This document shows positions 26,530 through 39,322 of a stretch of DNA of 64,000 bases, piece by piece. The notes beneath the pieces are model-generated. The model saw only the letters and a program-made list of their open reading frames with translations, did not search any database and was not told where the DNA came from. The first letter of the stretch is position 1, and every line of letters begins with the position of its first letter. A program made the translations under genes and the position numbers. Origin of the DNA: Phoronis australis (lineage: Eukaryota > Animalia > Phoronida); contig NMRA01000294.1 of NCBI GenBank assembly GCA_002633005.1, positions 302,948 to 366,947 on the forward strand. The letters run 5' to 3'.

Positions 26530-26980
26530 ATTGATTTCAAATGGTTACCTGGTGGGTTGATCTAGCTCAACCCGGGTATTTGGGCGTGTATGGCGAGGCT
26601 AACCCACCACTAGATTTGTTTGGCAGTGTTCCTTCGTGATACCTGAGCTCAATGTGAATATTTTTGCAACTGGTTTCATGCGGTTACCTCTTGGCCCTTG
26701 GTCTAGCTCAATTTTTTACCTTATTTATAAACGTCTGGTTGATAATCCCCACCACTGAAATTGTCTGACAATGACCAATTTTGATACAGTGGATTACGTA
26801 GTAGGTGTCCAAGGCAGTTTGAAGTGGTTACCAGAAAAGCTGATCTAGCTCAATTTTTGAGTGTCATTCTCTTGGCTCCCCTGACCAGACCCACCAGAGT
26901 GAACCTGCCAGACGACCATTTCCAAGCATCAGGATACCCATAGAGCACTTTGGCACAGAAGAAAATTGGTTACTTTTTCA
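26530..26980. repeat. Diverged tandem repeat of about 142 bp, about 3 copies
   Basis: ggttac at 26543, 26682, 26826 and 26968; tctagctcaa and cccacca recur with the same period. Confidence 0.6.
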
Positions 26981-27248
26981 TGCCCAAAAAAGCCCTGGGG
27001 TCCCGGTCTAATACGAGACCCGGGGTAGTGTCGCTTGGTGACAGAGTGGTCTCGTCTGGGCCGGGTGAAGTGTATTAATGTTACTTTCTCAGATCATAGA
27101 CTATAGTACATGGACCGCCAACTCCGTATACTTTCAATGGACGAAATCTGTGATCTTACGCATAAGCCCTTACATCATTATTTATTAACTGGCGACACCT
27201 GGCTAAATTTTCTGGTGCAATTTCCGGCAAGTACGTCGTCTGCTAATC

Positions 27249-27436
27249 ATGATCGGCTACTGTGTGGCTGGTTGTTCGGCCACGCACGCGAAATGCAAAG
27301 GAATTAGCTTCCATATTATCCCCATAATCGGCTGTGGGAAGAAAAGCTTACTTCTTGTGTCAACGTGAATGGCAGTTGTTTCAGCAATAAGACTTTATAC
27401 ATTTGTTCAAGGCACTTCGAAGATGAATGTTTTTAA
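27249..27436 (+). pseudogene. THAP (C2CH) zinc-finger remnant in a probable P-element-like transposon relic (about 27095-28796)
   Basis: MIGYCVAGCSATHAKCKGISFHIIP, one frameshift, then W..KTLYICSRHFEDECF*. Candidate ends catagactatagt (27095) and actgtggtctatg (28796), with no clear TSD. Confidence 0.7.
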
Positions 27437-27590
27437 GAGGCTCTACTTCTTAATCATGTCCTCACAAATAATTTATCTTATCTCCGTTTTGATGAAAACT
27501 ATCTGGTAAACTTTTTGACGAAAATTGTCTGATAAATTTCTTCCAAAGGTAGTGACTCATGAACTAATGTCCTTACGAGGAACTTCATAA

Positions 27591-28542
27591 CAGTGGCGGA
27601 TCTAGGATATCACAAGGGGGGCCAACATTTTGTCCGGCTGTAAGCATTTGCGCAAACCACGATTGTAGATGCGCATAGCACCGACTGGGGGGAGGTCGGG
27701 AAGGGGGGCTGTTTTTTCCTCTAAAAATCAAGCATTTTCCTTGGTTCATGAAGTATTATCCAAGAAAAACAGGCAAAAAAAACACGGAGAACTTGTCATA
27801 CAGGAAAACCTACAAATACCAGAGACTCGAACTCACGACCTGACGGATAGAGCGTGGGTGCTTCACCACTACACCACCACGACTTAGCTACTAATCTTAC
27901 AACAAGAGACCTACTTGTTTATGGTCCACAGCGTTTGCGCGCGAAACCTACTTCTTTTTGTAATGCTTATTACACGTTTTATATTTTGTGCAATTGGTTC
28001 TTAACAAATTTGTTGTATTTAAAATAGTCTTCAAATGCCCAAAAGACCAAATCCGGTTTTCGTGTTAGCAATAATGACGGGATTGCTTCGGAAATCGTCT
28101 TAAGTTAAGGTTTGAGAAAGAGAGAATTATGAGTTTCTGAGTGATTCACTAAGGCTTCGATTAAAATTCACATCTTACCAGCAGCTTCTGTTTTTTCATC
28201 GTCACACAGGTTCCATTTTCTTTAAAAAATGAAGTAAATTTTCTTCATTGCACAGTGAAGCAGACGACGGAAACGGAGTCCTAGTGCGCAGCGCCACTGA
28301 CCGGTCGCCTGGGATATCGCGGGAGATCCTATACTTAGCCATAGCTCCGTGACGAATGCGCCGTGTTCCGAATTTAACATTTGAAATTGGATCTGAGGCC
28401 CCCCCCCCAAACACTAAAATTTCAATTACTGGTTTTAATTAATAAACTCAACATTTACCTACGCTCTTGCTGTTTTATTTTTTGCGGCAGCCAAAGGGGG
28501 GGCCGGGCCCCTTGGCCGCCCCCCCCCCTAAATCCGCCTATG
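27591..28542. mobile_element. 952-bp element with CAGTGGCGGATCTAG-type TIRs, imperfect 5-bp TSD (CATAA/CATAG)
   Basis: cagtggcggatctagg..cctaaatccgcctatg; the ends resemble those of 45324-45479. Contains a tRNA-like fragment at 27819-27878 (-). Confidence 0.75.
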
Positions 28543-29097
28543 CATAGTCTAGTGAGCGAATTAACCAAATTACTCTTCGCTGGCCCTGATCAGACGATTG
28601 GTCTCAGCAGAATGCGCACATTTGGCCAGGATTTGGATCAGCGATTTCAACAAATTCACATTCGTGTACAAATAAATTGAACGCTGGTAAAGATTACATT
28701 TATTTAATACTTCAGAAATAACCACCTGGGCCAGTCAAACTCTATCAGCAGGTTACACAATATATGCCGCACAAAATCTCTCGACTGTGGTCTATGAAAA
28801 TGCAACCAACTTCTTTGAAAACATGGAACAGGAACACCAGAGGAGTGTGAAGGTTGTTTTGATTCTTCAATGTTACATTTTTGTAAGCAGACAAATGGTT
28901 TTTAAAGTTCCGCCTTAAGTCTTAACATTTCCAAACTTAGGCCATTCAAACGAACGTTTATGACGAAAACAAAATTCTTCAACCAGTTTTGTAAAGTCCT
29001 ATGCCACCAGTAGGGTACATAATGAGCCAATCCCACTCCTAATGTAACAAAAGGGTCCCGTGCTCAAAGGATACTAAGTATTGCCCTTCTGAAATAT

Positions 29098-29165
29098 TAC
29101 TGTATTCGCCCTAATAAGCGCCCAGGACGCTTAGAAAAATCCGCTTCCAGAAGGGGGCGCTTATT
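29098..29165. mobile_element. Single end of a Tc1/mariner/pogo-type MITE
   Basis: ta-ctgtattcgccctaataagcgccc..gggcgcttatta; the partner end was not found. Confidence 0.4.
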
Positions 29166-30230
29166 ATAGCCCAAAAGTGGTTGAAACCCGGTCTCCGAAA
29201 CAGGTGAAATCGTAAGCTAGAACTCATCAAATTTACCCTCTGACGAATCTGTAACCAATGACAGAGTTTCTACAAAACTGCAGTGCATTGCTATCAAATT
29301 TTGTTGTCAACTTACGAGCATTTTCAGAAAATCCCACTGCCAAAAATTGCCGTGAATCAAGTTTCAAGCTCCTCAGCTTAGTTTATTTAATAACTATATA
29401 TTAATAAACCAAGTTCCAAGTGATCAGTGCAATGTCTGCGCACGTCTAATAAATGTGTATCATGCAGCTCCTGGTTTAAACAAAGGTCTGTTTTTTTTAA
29501 TTTTGGTCCGGTATAAATAACGCCACAGACCTGGAAATCCAGCGAAACACTTCCACCTTACAAATCTGACAATCCCTAGTATCAGAAAATTTGAGCACCC
29601 GGCAAAAGATACTAATGATGAAATTCTGGTGATGATAACCACCCACTTTGTTTATTTACTTCACCTCAATTTGAAATACTTGGTAAAATGAAGCCCATTC
29701 GAGTAAGCATCATATGAGTCCCAATGCCAACTCAATATATGATAGAACCCAACAAGCTCAAGTTGCAGTCTAATCAGGATGGGCATAAATAAGGAAATTT
29801 ACTATATCAACAGATTGGCCAAATAAGAATAAGATACAAAGTGTTGCTACAGGGCACACGTGCACGATACTTGGTCTATTATTTTCCCGCCGTAAATGCA
29901 TGAACCAATCAGCAAAGATCACCAATGGCGCAAAGTTTTCGAAAACAGCTCGATTTTTAGGGAGTCCTGTTTCTGTTCTATTTATTTTCAAAACTTTATT
30001 GTGTTACATTTAATTTATTTTCTGTTCAACTGAATGAAGCCACCTAATATGAATGCATTCAGCACAATTAATGCATTGTAAAAAACAAAAGTTATGCTCT
30101 ATCAACGTTAGACAAAATCAGTACCCCTTTCTTAAAAAAATGGGTTAAAAGTTAGAAACAAAGGACACAAGTTTCCATCACTTGTAACGTCGATTTTCGA
30201 CATTGATGTTGGGGAGGAACATCAGTTTAG

Positions 30231-30987
30231 GGTAATTGTTTACAATATGGCGACATTGACTTACACAAATGATTTTGGTATCGTTCGATTCCTTGCAACG
30301 TTATCTTTCCAAAAATACGCAGAAAATTTTACTACCCCGTTCCCTTCATATTTTATCGTTAAATTTCTGCTCGCACTATTCCCCGGTACACGGTATTAAT
30401 ACCGCCATGTTGAATGGAAGGAGTTACCTGAACTAATCTACAGACTTCTGCAGATCGTCACTTTTCATAAGGTCAAATTGACGCTTCTATCCCCCGCCCG
30501 AGTTACGGTCCCAAGGGTTCGAATTCGATCCTAAGGTGACCCTGGTACGCATTTGCTAGAGCACGAGTCTGCGAAAAAGCGGAAGTTGTTTTTAAGGTCC
30601 ATATTGGTGAAAATGGTATCACTTCAGACAATTTTGTGAAAAATGGTCAAATGGTCACAAGTATAAAAAATGAAAAAGGTGAAATGCTGCAACTTGTTCC
30701 TCCATATTATGTCAGGAAAACTTTAGCGGGAATCTCGCGGGGCAAAAAAAAATTCAGAATCGACGATGCGGTTTCATTCATTAACAACAGGTGTCGCAGT
30801 AATCTTGAGTTGAGCTAACATGGCGGTGTCAACCGGGAAATAGTGCAAACCGAAATTCGACTATAAAATTCGGAAGAAACGCGGTAGGGGATACATTCAT
30901 ATATTTTGGAAAGATAACGTTGCAAGGAATCGAACGATACCAAAATCATGTGTGTAGGTCAATGTCGTCATATTGTAAACAATTACC
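30231..30987. mobile_element. Merlin-like MITE, long TIRs, 8-bp TSD (CAGTTTAG/CAGTTTGG)
   Basis: About 87-bp near-perfect TIRs starting GGTAATTG (30231-30317 versus 30902-30987), extending inward at lower identity. Flanks match 7/8. Confidence 0.8.
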
Positions 30988-32469
30988 CAGTTTGGCGACA
31001 GCAACAGGGAATCGTGTTCCCTATGATTCAGGGTTACTTCTGAATCCAGGAACAAGAACTGAAAGAGGCAGGGTTCGTGATAACGTTGGAGAACGGTAAC
31101 ATTTATATAAGGTGCTACAACTGTCATCGATATTGTCATCTCCTCTGTTTTCATCAAACCTTCCCAGATGAAAACTTGAATTAAGAGGACCTTCAGTACT
31201 TGAGTGAGTGAGCATGGTATACTGTGTGATTTATGTTGAATTATTCAACGGTTCGTTTAAGAACCAATTCACGCTATACCTAAGGCTCATGCACACTACA
31301 ACCAACGGCCCTTTTAAAGTGGCTTGGAACGTGAAAAATTTAAAATAAGAAAGTAAATGTTACTCATCTTGCATGAAACCTGTATCATATCGTGGCCTAC
31401 AAGTTTTTTTGAAGGTTTCGTAAATATAGTGAGTTTTAGATGAGTTTGGAGTATTTTTCTTTACGTTTGAAAGTTGACCAAAAAGACACGCCTTCGTGCT
31501 CGTCAAGTCCAACATTACAGTCCCAAAATGCATTGCGGTGCCTTATTTGGAAATGGCTGATGACCTCAGAGAGGTGAAAGGTCGCCGAAAGCAAAACAGT
31601 GATGGCTGGTTTCGAAAGCACATCGACACCTCGATTGACTCAAAGAAGTCCCATTTCTGAAGTAAGTTATCGATTTATTTGGTTTCTATGCTCTCCCAAG
31701 TATGATCTAATATACTTTTTGCTCACGATTTCATTTATGTGCATTTCAAACGGAAAACGTTCTATTCATGTCTTATCGTTTAATGAATGAAAAGTAGTCT
31801 GGCTCACCGATCGGCCTACGGTCAACATCGTAGACTATGTTGTNACAGGTACTCCTTGGAATTTGTGCTCAAACATGCTTTCGTAGTTTTCTCAGTAGGC
31901 CTATGTGAACCATAAATCACAAACTGTCCGATAACTATGCTGCTATGCTATTTGGGCAAGCAGACGACATAATCAGTCGGCACCGAAGTGTGAATTTTGT
32001 AATTAATTACCAGTAGCATTGCCAAAAGTACTCACGATACCAACATTTCTACTATTGAAAGACTTTGAACAGCGTTTCAATGCCGAAGTTAATATTTTTT
32101 CGACAGTTTTGGACAGTAAAGTAGATGCAAATATTTCTCGTCAAAATACACTAACCGGAAACTGTACCAGAAGGTCAGGAGAGTGGCGGCGCCTCTTGAC
32201 TAGCACGTAAGAAAATGCCGGAGCTGCGAATCTGTTGTCTATAATCTATGCTCAGATAGAAAGAAAGTGCATGTATTGTCTCTTCATCTTCGTATATTAA
32301 TTGTTGTAGTTGATATAGGCCTAGCAAGAAAAGGCACAGTGCTAAGTTGCGTGAATCGGACACTCCACCTAAGTGTTGCCCACTAAAGAGCGAAGTTGAA
32401 GCACTATCAAGTGAAGCACAAGTCATTTTTCAGGGTGCTAGGTGGCGCTGCTATGTCATTGAGTAAATC

Positions 32470-32630
32470 TGGCGTGCGTTCAGTAGACGCTAGGACCTAC
32501 GTTAGGACCTAGCTAAAATCAAGTCAAAGTCACGTGTTCTCATTTGCAATACACGACAATTTCTCACGTAATTTCGCGAAGTCTTGCTTTTTAGCGAGGT
32601 CCTAGCGTTACTGAATGGGAGGCTGGAGTT
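32470..32630. mobile_element. Short TIR element (same family as 13557-13700)
   Basis: ttcagtagacgctaggacct .. aggtcctagcgttactgaa. Confidence 0.6.
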
Positions 32631-35482
32631 GCAACAAGTCGGTCAAGCGTAGAGTCTTCCTGGACAACGAGGCAGACATCGATCTACGAAACACATGTCA
32701 TATGCACGCCAGGGCAAATCAATCACTGTAACAATACAAAAAATATGTATATGACTGCCTCGTGACTACATTGGCCTACTAAATTGAGGTACTGATACGT
32801 ATATGAACTTCTTTGCCGAGTTACTGGGGAACACAATTTTGGTATCGTACCACTTGAAAACTAGCTTCACGTCTTTACTAAGTTATCACATGGCGTTAAA
32901 ATGTGCCTGTCTTATGGATTGTTTATAGTTTTATTAATCATAGTTCGTGACAGCAAAATTACTTTTTCGGGTTCGAATCGCATAACCGTGAAACGGTGGC
33001 TAAGTAATTCGCATCTGCAGAATTCTTAGCGGAAGTAATACAATGTCGTTAAACTCCTGTTTCCTTGTTTCATTCAATGTTTAAATCTTATATACATCAT
33101 TTGTAGTTTTCTCAAAAGATTTACTATTATCAGGAAGACAGTCCTGCCGTTGTTTATATGGTACCAAGTTTATCTAGTTTATGACTAAACACTATATCTC
33201 AGAAGTAGATATTCATTATGCAAAAAAGAAACATCAGTAAACCTTTCAATGCATCCACTGCAGACATTCTCACAGATCTTGTGAAAATTGAACAATATGG
33301 CATGGCGGCACTGTTGCGTGTGAAAGGACACAGAGACATTCCATGTCAGATACAAAGTCTTTGCCAAGTTTTCTTCTGATAGCATTTTTTTGTTTTTGCC
33401 GACTCTGCTGATGGCATCCCTCCTAAATCAAAATTAATTTTTGAGACAAGGCACGAGTTTAATGGAGCTTTAATTAAATCGTATGACACTTCTTGAATCA
33501 CGTATTTTATCTTAAACACGAGTTATTTTCGTTCAATGTAAATGAACTGAAAGTGTATGCCATCAACTGCTGTGCCTCTTGAAGACTTGATGAGATTATT
33601 ATTATTCCAGGGCAAACTTGCCTTATATTGAAACACGGTAAATTGGCGTTGAATATCTTCTGCTTCGCGGTAACACTAAATCATTCAACCACAACAATGA
33701 TGAGAGAGGCTTTAACGTTTGATGTTTTAGAGCCTAATAAATATTGTTAGCCGTCAAGTTAATACCTGTTTTATCTGCCGGGTGTCATATTTGATATTGG
33801 ATATTGCATGTGAAAATGCCCGGCAGACAGTTTGACGCACAGGCTACCGTAAAAATGAAACTAAAAGCAACTGAGACAATGCGCAGATTGTGTGTTTTCG
33901 GTGTGGAATGTGCATTATGTATGTGAGTGAAACACTTGTTCAAGTTTATTCTCTGCTATCGTTTTTAACGTGAACCATTAGCAATGGAACGTGTATAATT
34001 AGATTGTTGAATCGTGCTTACTGCATAAGCAAAATGCGCGAGCAGGAATTTATTGTGCAACATTTTTGCCAAACGCGTTTCTCGCGATTGCAAATTTGTC
34101 CAAGGTTTCCTTCTAAGTTTTAACAGCAGTCCAGTAAGCGGTAGCGCACGGAGAAATTTGCAAATCATCGAGATATCGTGGTCAGAACACGTCAGCATCG
34201 CGCCGATCGTCCAGCATTACGTTTTACCGGCGGCCGCCATGATAAACGAAGTAATTTCTAAGAAATGCTATTTTAGGTAAGGAAGGACAGTAAGTGAAAA
34301 TTCCTGGAATTTTCTTTTCCGCGTCTATGTAATGCCGGGTTTATATTTCTGCGAGGTCATAAATCTGCCGTTCACTAATTTAATATGAATGTTTCAAACA
34401 CTGAACACGCGCCGTTTAGCGGATCAATAAGAATTGAGAGAGTAAATAAACGACCTGTGTACCAAACGCTTTTTGTCGTTATTTTGCTACGAGGAACACT
34501 GGAAACTTCAGGGGGTCCGATGATAATTCTCAAAAGTAGAAATGCCTTACCGAGGCCTAAAAAGATGTGCACGCCTCGGGTATCTTTTTTGATCTTTGCC
34601 AGTGGGTCCATGAGAAATGATAAAAATCGAAGATCGGCCAAAGCAAAAATTAAACAACAGTCACTTAATTTCCAGAGGAACACCTCTGTGAAATGAAGCT
34701 TCTCAGGAGAAATGACGGGACTGAACAGGCTTCACTAGGAGCGCGGGTCGTAGTCGTCATTCTCTCTATGATTCCAATGGATTGTGATTGTCTACACAAG
34801 ATTAATACAATGAGGTGTAAGTTGGCAGCAATCCTTCTTACAAACAATTCTCATTGAAAACATGACTTGACTTTTCTTTTTTCAGTTTACTCGCCATTGT
34901 TTCTTGCAGTTGTCGCCCTTACTGCAGGCGCACCGAAAAACCGTTGACTCCATACCGCCGCGATAACCTAACTCCAATGGCCCACCCCCAGCGACCCCTG
35001 AAGTGAAAATGTGTCTCCACTTGAACCTGAACTAAGACTGAGGAAAAAATACTTTTAATTTATAAATGAGTTTATCCACAACTATGGTGGATCCATACAC
35101 TCACAGAACCACTGATCCGGCCACTATCGGTGAAATCAATCTAACCACTGGCCGGAGATTTGACGTCATCCTTTATCCTAATGTTTTACTGAAATGCTGG
35201 ATTTTCGGCAGTAACAGCAGCAGCCTAAGCACAGACTTCAAAATTTATGCAAGACCTGTAAACTACGACTGGCACTTTTTATCACTAACCCTTGTTACAA
35301 CTTTCCTCACACCATTTTATTCTCCCTTCTTTGGCCAATGACAAGACAAGTCACATCTTGGTTTATCGGATTATGCGACAGGTGGCGCAGTTAACGAGCA
35401 CGTAGCACCAGCGAGATAGAGGAGATTCAAAATCAGTTTAGCTGAAAGTGATATCTTTCGGCTATAATTATTGACACTTAGC

Positions 35483-35596
35483 CATGGGCGGCGCACCATA
35501 GGGAGCTGGGGGCTACCCGTGACCCGTGGGCGCTGCACTACAGGGTGGTTCAGTTAAGGCCTAGCCCCCACTTTTATTAGTGCTGCGCCGCTCATG
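35483..35596. mobile_element. CATG-ended MITE, near-perfect 5-bp TSD (TTAGC/CTAGC)
   Basis: catgggcggcgca..tgcgccgctcatg. Confidence 0.8.
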
Positions 35597-36830
35597 CTAG
35601 CAAAGTCGCTCAGGCTGCGGCGGCATTGCACCTTTTGTTCATTGCAACACCTTTGTAGTTCATACAAATTGTACCTTAAAACTATTCTCTGTTGCCGCGA
35701 CAAGCCTTGTTTTTTTCTTTTCTAAACTGTCAATGAAAGTTTTCGCCCCTTTACGTCCTTTTCAACCTCCTGGCTTTTGCTCAACAATAAACATGTATGC
35801 ATTATCCTATTCCAAATAAAGATATCTCATTGATTTCTCGTGATTAATATGGCTGAAATTTTGGTTGTCCAGTAATAATAAATGACATGTCTCGTTGTGA
35901 TCCTAATTATTTCATTTAAAGTAGTGGAAAATCGTGAAACTTGAGTTTGTGTTAGTGTATTTCGGCAACTAAATTTCGTAGTCGCATTTGAACCGAAAGG
36001 AAAAATACTTTCCCAATTTTTACTAAGAAGCCTTAACAATTACTGTTCTGATCAATATAATGATATTTCATTCATTGTCAGATAATGATATACATTTGAG
36101 CTGTTTACCTCAGCACTTCATTTAACTTTCCCACAGTCATTTACCCCCCCCCCCCCCCCCCCCCCNCGTGTTTGACTAGCTGCTTGCCACTATAACACTT
36201 ATATACATGAGCTCGTATAACGGAACTCTGGGAATAGTTGCGGTAACGGAAATGACGTGCGGCCAAGTTAGGCCTACTTAAAATAAATTCTTCTGTTACT
36301 TATTACTGACCGAAGATATCCACGAACGTCAACAAAACTTGTCTATCTTTCACTTCTGTAGAGTGTACGAACCACGTGTTTGAAACACAAATATAGTGTG
36401 CTTGTAAGTACCCTCCGGGACCGTTTCGCACTCTGGACCTACCTATAATCACCTATATAAAGTGTATGTAAATAACCTCGGGATTGTGCCACACTGTACC
36501 TACATATATAGATTGCGCGTGTAAATGGCCCGAAACCACATGGAAACTTACCTATATAGAGTGTACCTAAATACCCCGGAATTGTGCCATGCGGTCACAT
36601 AACTTGAAGCGCTGTCGACGAAAGCCCTGTTCTATCGCTCTTTATCGCTTGCAGAACAAAAATTAGAACCAGTTGAAGGAAATTGGTCAACACATCTGAG
36701 CCTTATGTGGTCGATAGCACCAGCATTCATGCCTTCAAGTCTACAGTTTCTAAGTAAATGTTCGTTAATTGTAAAATAATGTTAATGGTGGGGTTTAACA
36801 ACTTAGTGACCACAAATGTAATGCGAATTG

Positions 36831-36900
36831 GGTGTGCGTTTGCACGTGCGCGTGCACGTGTGTTTGTGTGCGTGCTTGTGTGTGTGTTTGCGTGAGTGTG
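36831..36900. repeat. Degenerate (GT)n/(GC)n microsatellite
   Basis: gtgtgcgtttgcacgtgcgcgtgcacgtgtgtttgtgtgcg.. Confidence 0.7.
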
Positions 36901-37532
36901 TCCTTGGCAGGACCTCATGGGAGACATGAGTTCTTTTTAATTTGAATTACCAATTGTGTTCCCTGGTCAAATAAATATTTACAGTAGCGGTAGCATATTT
37001 TTAGTTTGCCTACAAGTCAAAACTCATAAGGAATTTGCTTGTAATGCTGGGTAGATGTTCGCCTGGAAAATGTCGTATAGGATGACGAAAGATCTATTGC
37101 TGACATTTAAAAATGTAAAATTTTGTGAAAAAACCTCACCTTTCCTTCACTTCCCTTAATTAGATAGGCATGCAGGTAAAATTTTCACGGAATTTTATTT
37201 TGTGCCTATGTCTGAGTTGTACGTCTAACGTCAACAACATCGCAAACGTATTTCGTTTTACAATTAAAATAATTTCCGTCAGGCTGCAAATAAACGGTTT
37301 CGAGTGGCGTGCAAAAGAAACGATCTATTGAAGGAAGTCAAACTTAGATGACGTAAAATATTCAACCAATAGTAAGTTTCCTCGTCACAGGCTGAGCGTT
37401 ACAATCTCCACATTGCAATCTTGTGGTCAGCTTTTGCTTCACAATTCAGAGCTACTTGTGTGCAAGCAAGTGAATGTTGATTCAAAACCAATTTTAGGAT
37501 TTTTCATTGTTTGGATCAATGAGCTATACCTG

Positions 37533-37922
37533 GGCACGGTCTCTATTCTTTGTACTCGAAATGAACTCGAAACTATTTTTGGCAATTTCTCTGCTCCTTT
37601 TGTGCGAACTTAGGATAATTGGAAGATCAGACTGTGCTCGAATACATTATAGTTTATGCATAGGAGTTTCTAGTTCAAGTTTGCCCTTGAAGACTCTTAT
37701 ATTCGTGCTACAAACTCGAGTAAAAACTCGAAATTTCGAGTTCAAACTCAAACTTATTGCTTTAATATTGGGTTTACAAACTGTGAACTAAGGGCAATAA
37801 ATTATCTACGTAAGTCATTGTGTACTCGAGCACACTTATCTTGAGTTCGCCCAAAAGTAGAGTAGAAAATGTCAAACCTAATTTCGAGTTCCATTTCGAG
37901 TAAAAAGATTGGAGACCGGGCC
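37533..37922. mobile_element. PIF/Harbinger-type MITE, TSD CTG
   Basis: ggcacggtctctattcttt.tactcgaaatg.aactcgaaa inverted at 37882-37922; ctg on both sides. Confidence 0.75.
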
Positions 37923-39065
37923 CTGGTATAGCTCATTGTTTGCATTCTACACATTGGATCAGCCGAATTGATAGGTTGTGTTGAGTTTCACTTTCATTTT
38001 TCTGCCGCTGTGCGGAATTTCCAACCAAATCCTATTCGCTTTCGATTTGTGAATAGGTCTTTTTATTTGCTCTTCGGACAAGGAATTAACAACGGCAGCA
38101 GTGTGCGAGTATGTTCCACAAAAGCACAATACTAGTTACTGCACTTTCAACATAACTGTATTATTTCTGTGGTGCGCTGTTGTTCATTGTTGTATTGAGA
38201 GTTGACATAACTCCAGAGCGCACGCATTAGGTCTAGACCATGAAGTACACGTAAACCCTAATCGTCGTTTATTCAGGCCAAAAGGAATTCTTTCAGTTTC
38301 TCTTTTAAGATAAACCATGGTTATGCTTAATATTGGTAATAGGGACATTACTAACAATAATAATGATAAAATAATAAATACATTAATGGGAATTTTGAAT
38401 TGGCTAAATTGAGTTGATATTCGCCGTGAACAAATGAATTTATATGCATGTATATCATACTATTCAAATAAGAAACAGTTGCTTATTGCGCACCATTTCT
38501 TCCCAAAATTATTATGTTATTCCTGAACAAGCTCTACAATTAATTCCGTAATAAAATGAGAGTTTAAAGTTGCAATACATAAGCGTGGAATATTACAAAT
38601 TGTTTATTAATATCATCTGGTATGTACACACAAAAACTAGTTTCAAATGCTATATTGTAGTTGTGAACAGTTAACCCTAGAGATAGACTTCCTACAGTAT
38701 TTTCATTGTGATCTTCTGACCCCGAGTGTCGCTTGACAACCTGACGCAGTCGTGCTCCTGCACAAGTTCAACACTGTTATGGAGAGGCGTTTTCCTAAGC
38801 ACTGTGAAACAAAACGTTGAAAAAAGTCCTTTCAAATGATTGCATTAAATGGTTTACAAAACAATTTTGTTGTCGTGAGAGCATTCCTACACACGACGCA
38901 CTCCCGAAAAAGCAAGATTATCCGAAACCACGCAATATCAAAAAGGCGTGTTTCGCGTCAGTACTCGAGATTTTACTTTCCTGGCACACGCGGCACGCTC
39001 TCAAGTGAATTTTTAACAAATCCTTTGTAATCCGGACTTCATTTGCGCATGCTTGGTTGAGGTTC

Positions 39066-39322
39066 CATGCGCGCACCCAGGGGGGTCTCGAACGAGCCCC
39101 CCATTTGGCGAAGTGGGCAAAAAGGTCCGCCTCAGAGAGACAAAAAGTCCGAGAAAATGAGGCATAAGTCCATTAAACATGCGCAAACGCGCAATTCACA
39201 GTGATGCTCCAGTTTTTTTTCTTTTGGTTTTTTAGTCCGCCCGCTTTTTTGTTACCAAAAGGTCCACAAAGTCAGGAATTGGAGCCAACCCCCTCTCATA
39301 TTGAAGGCTGGGTGCGCGTATG
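39066..39322. mobile_element. Second copy of the CATGCGCGCACCC MITE, 5-bp TSD GGTTC
   Basis: Reverse-complement homologue of 14183-14426; ggttc at 39061-65 and 39323-27. Confidence 0.9.

Noticed and set aside
36144-36166. Poly-C tract as a G-quadruplex or regulatory element
   Set aside because: The run ends at an N gap, so its length and context are unreliable.
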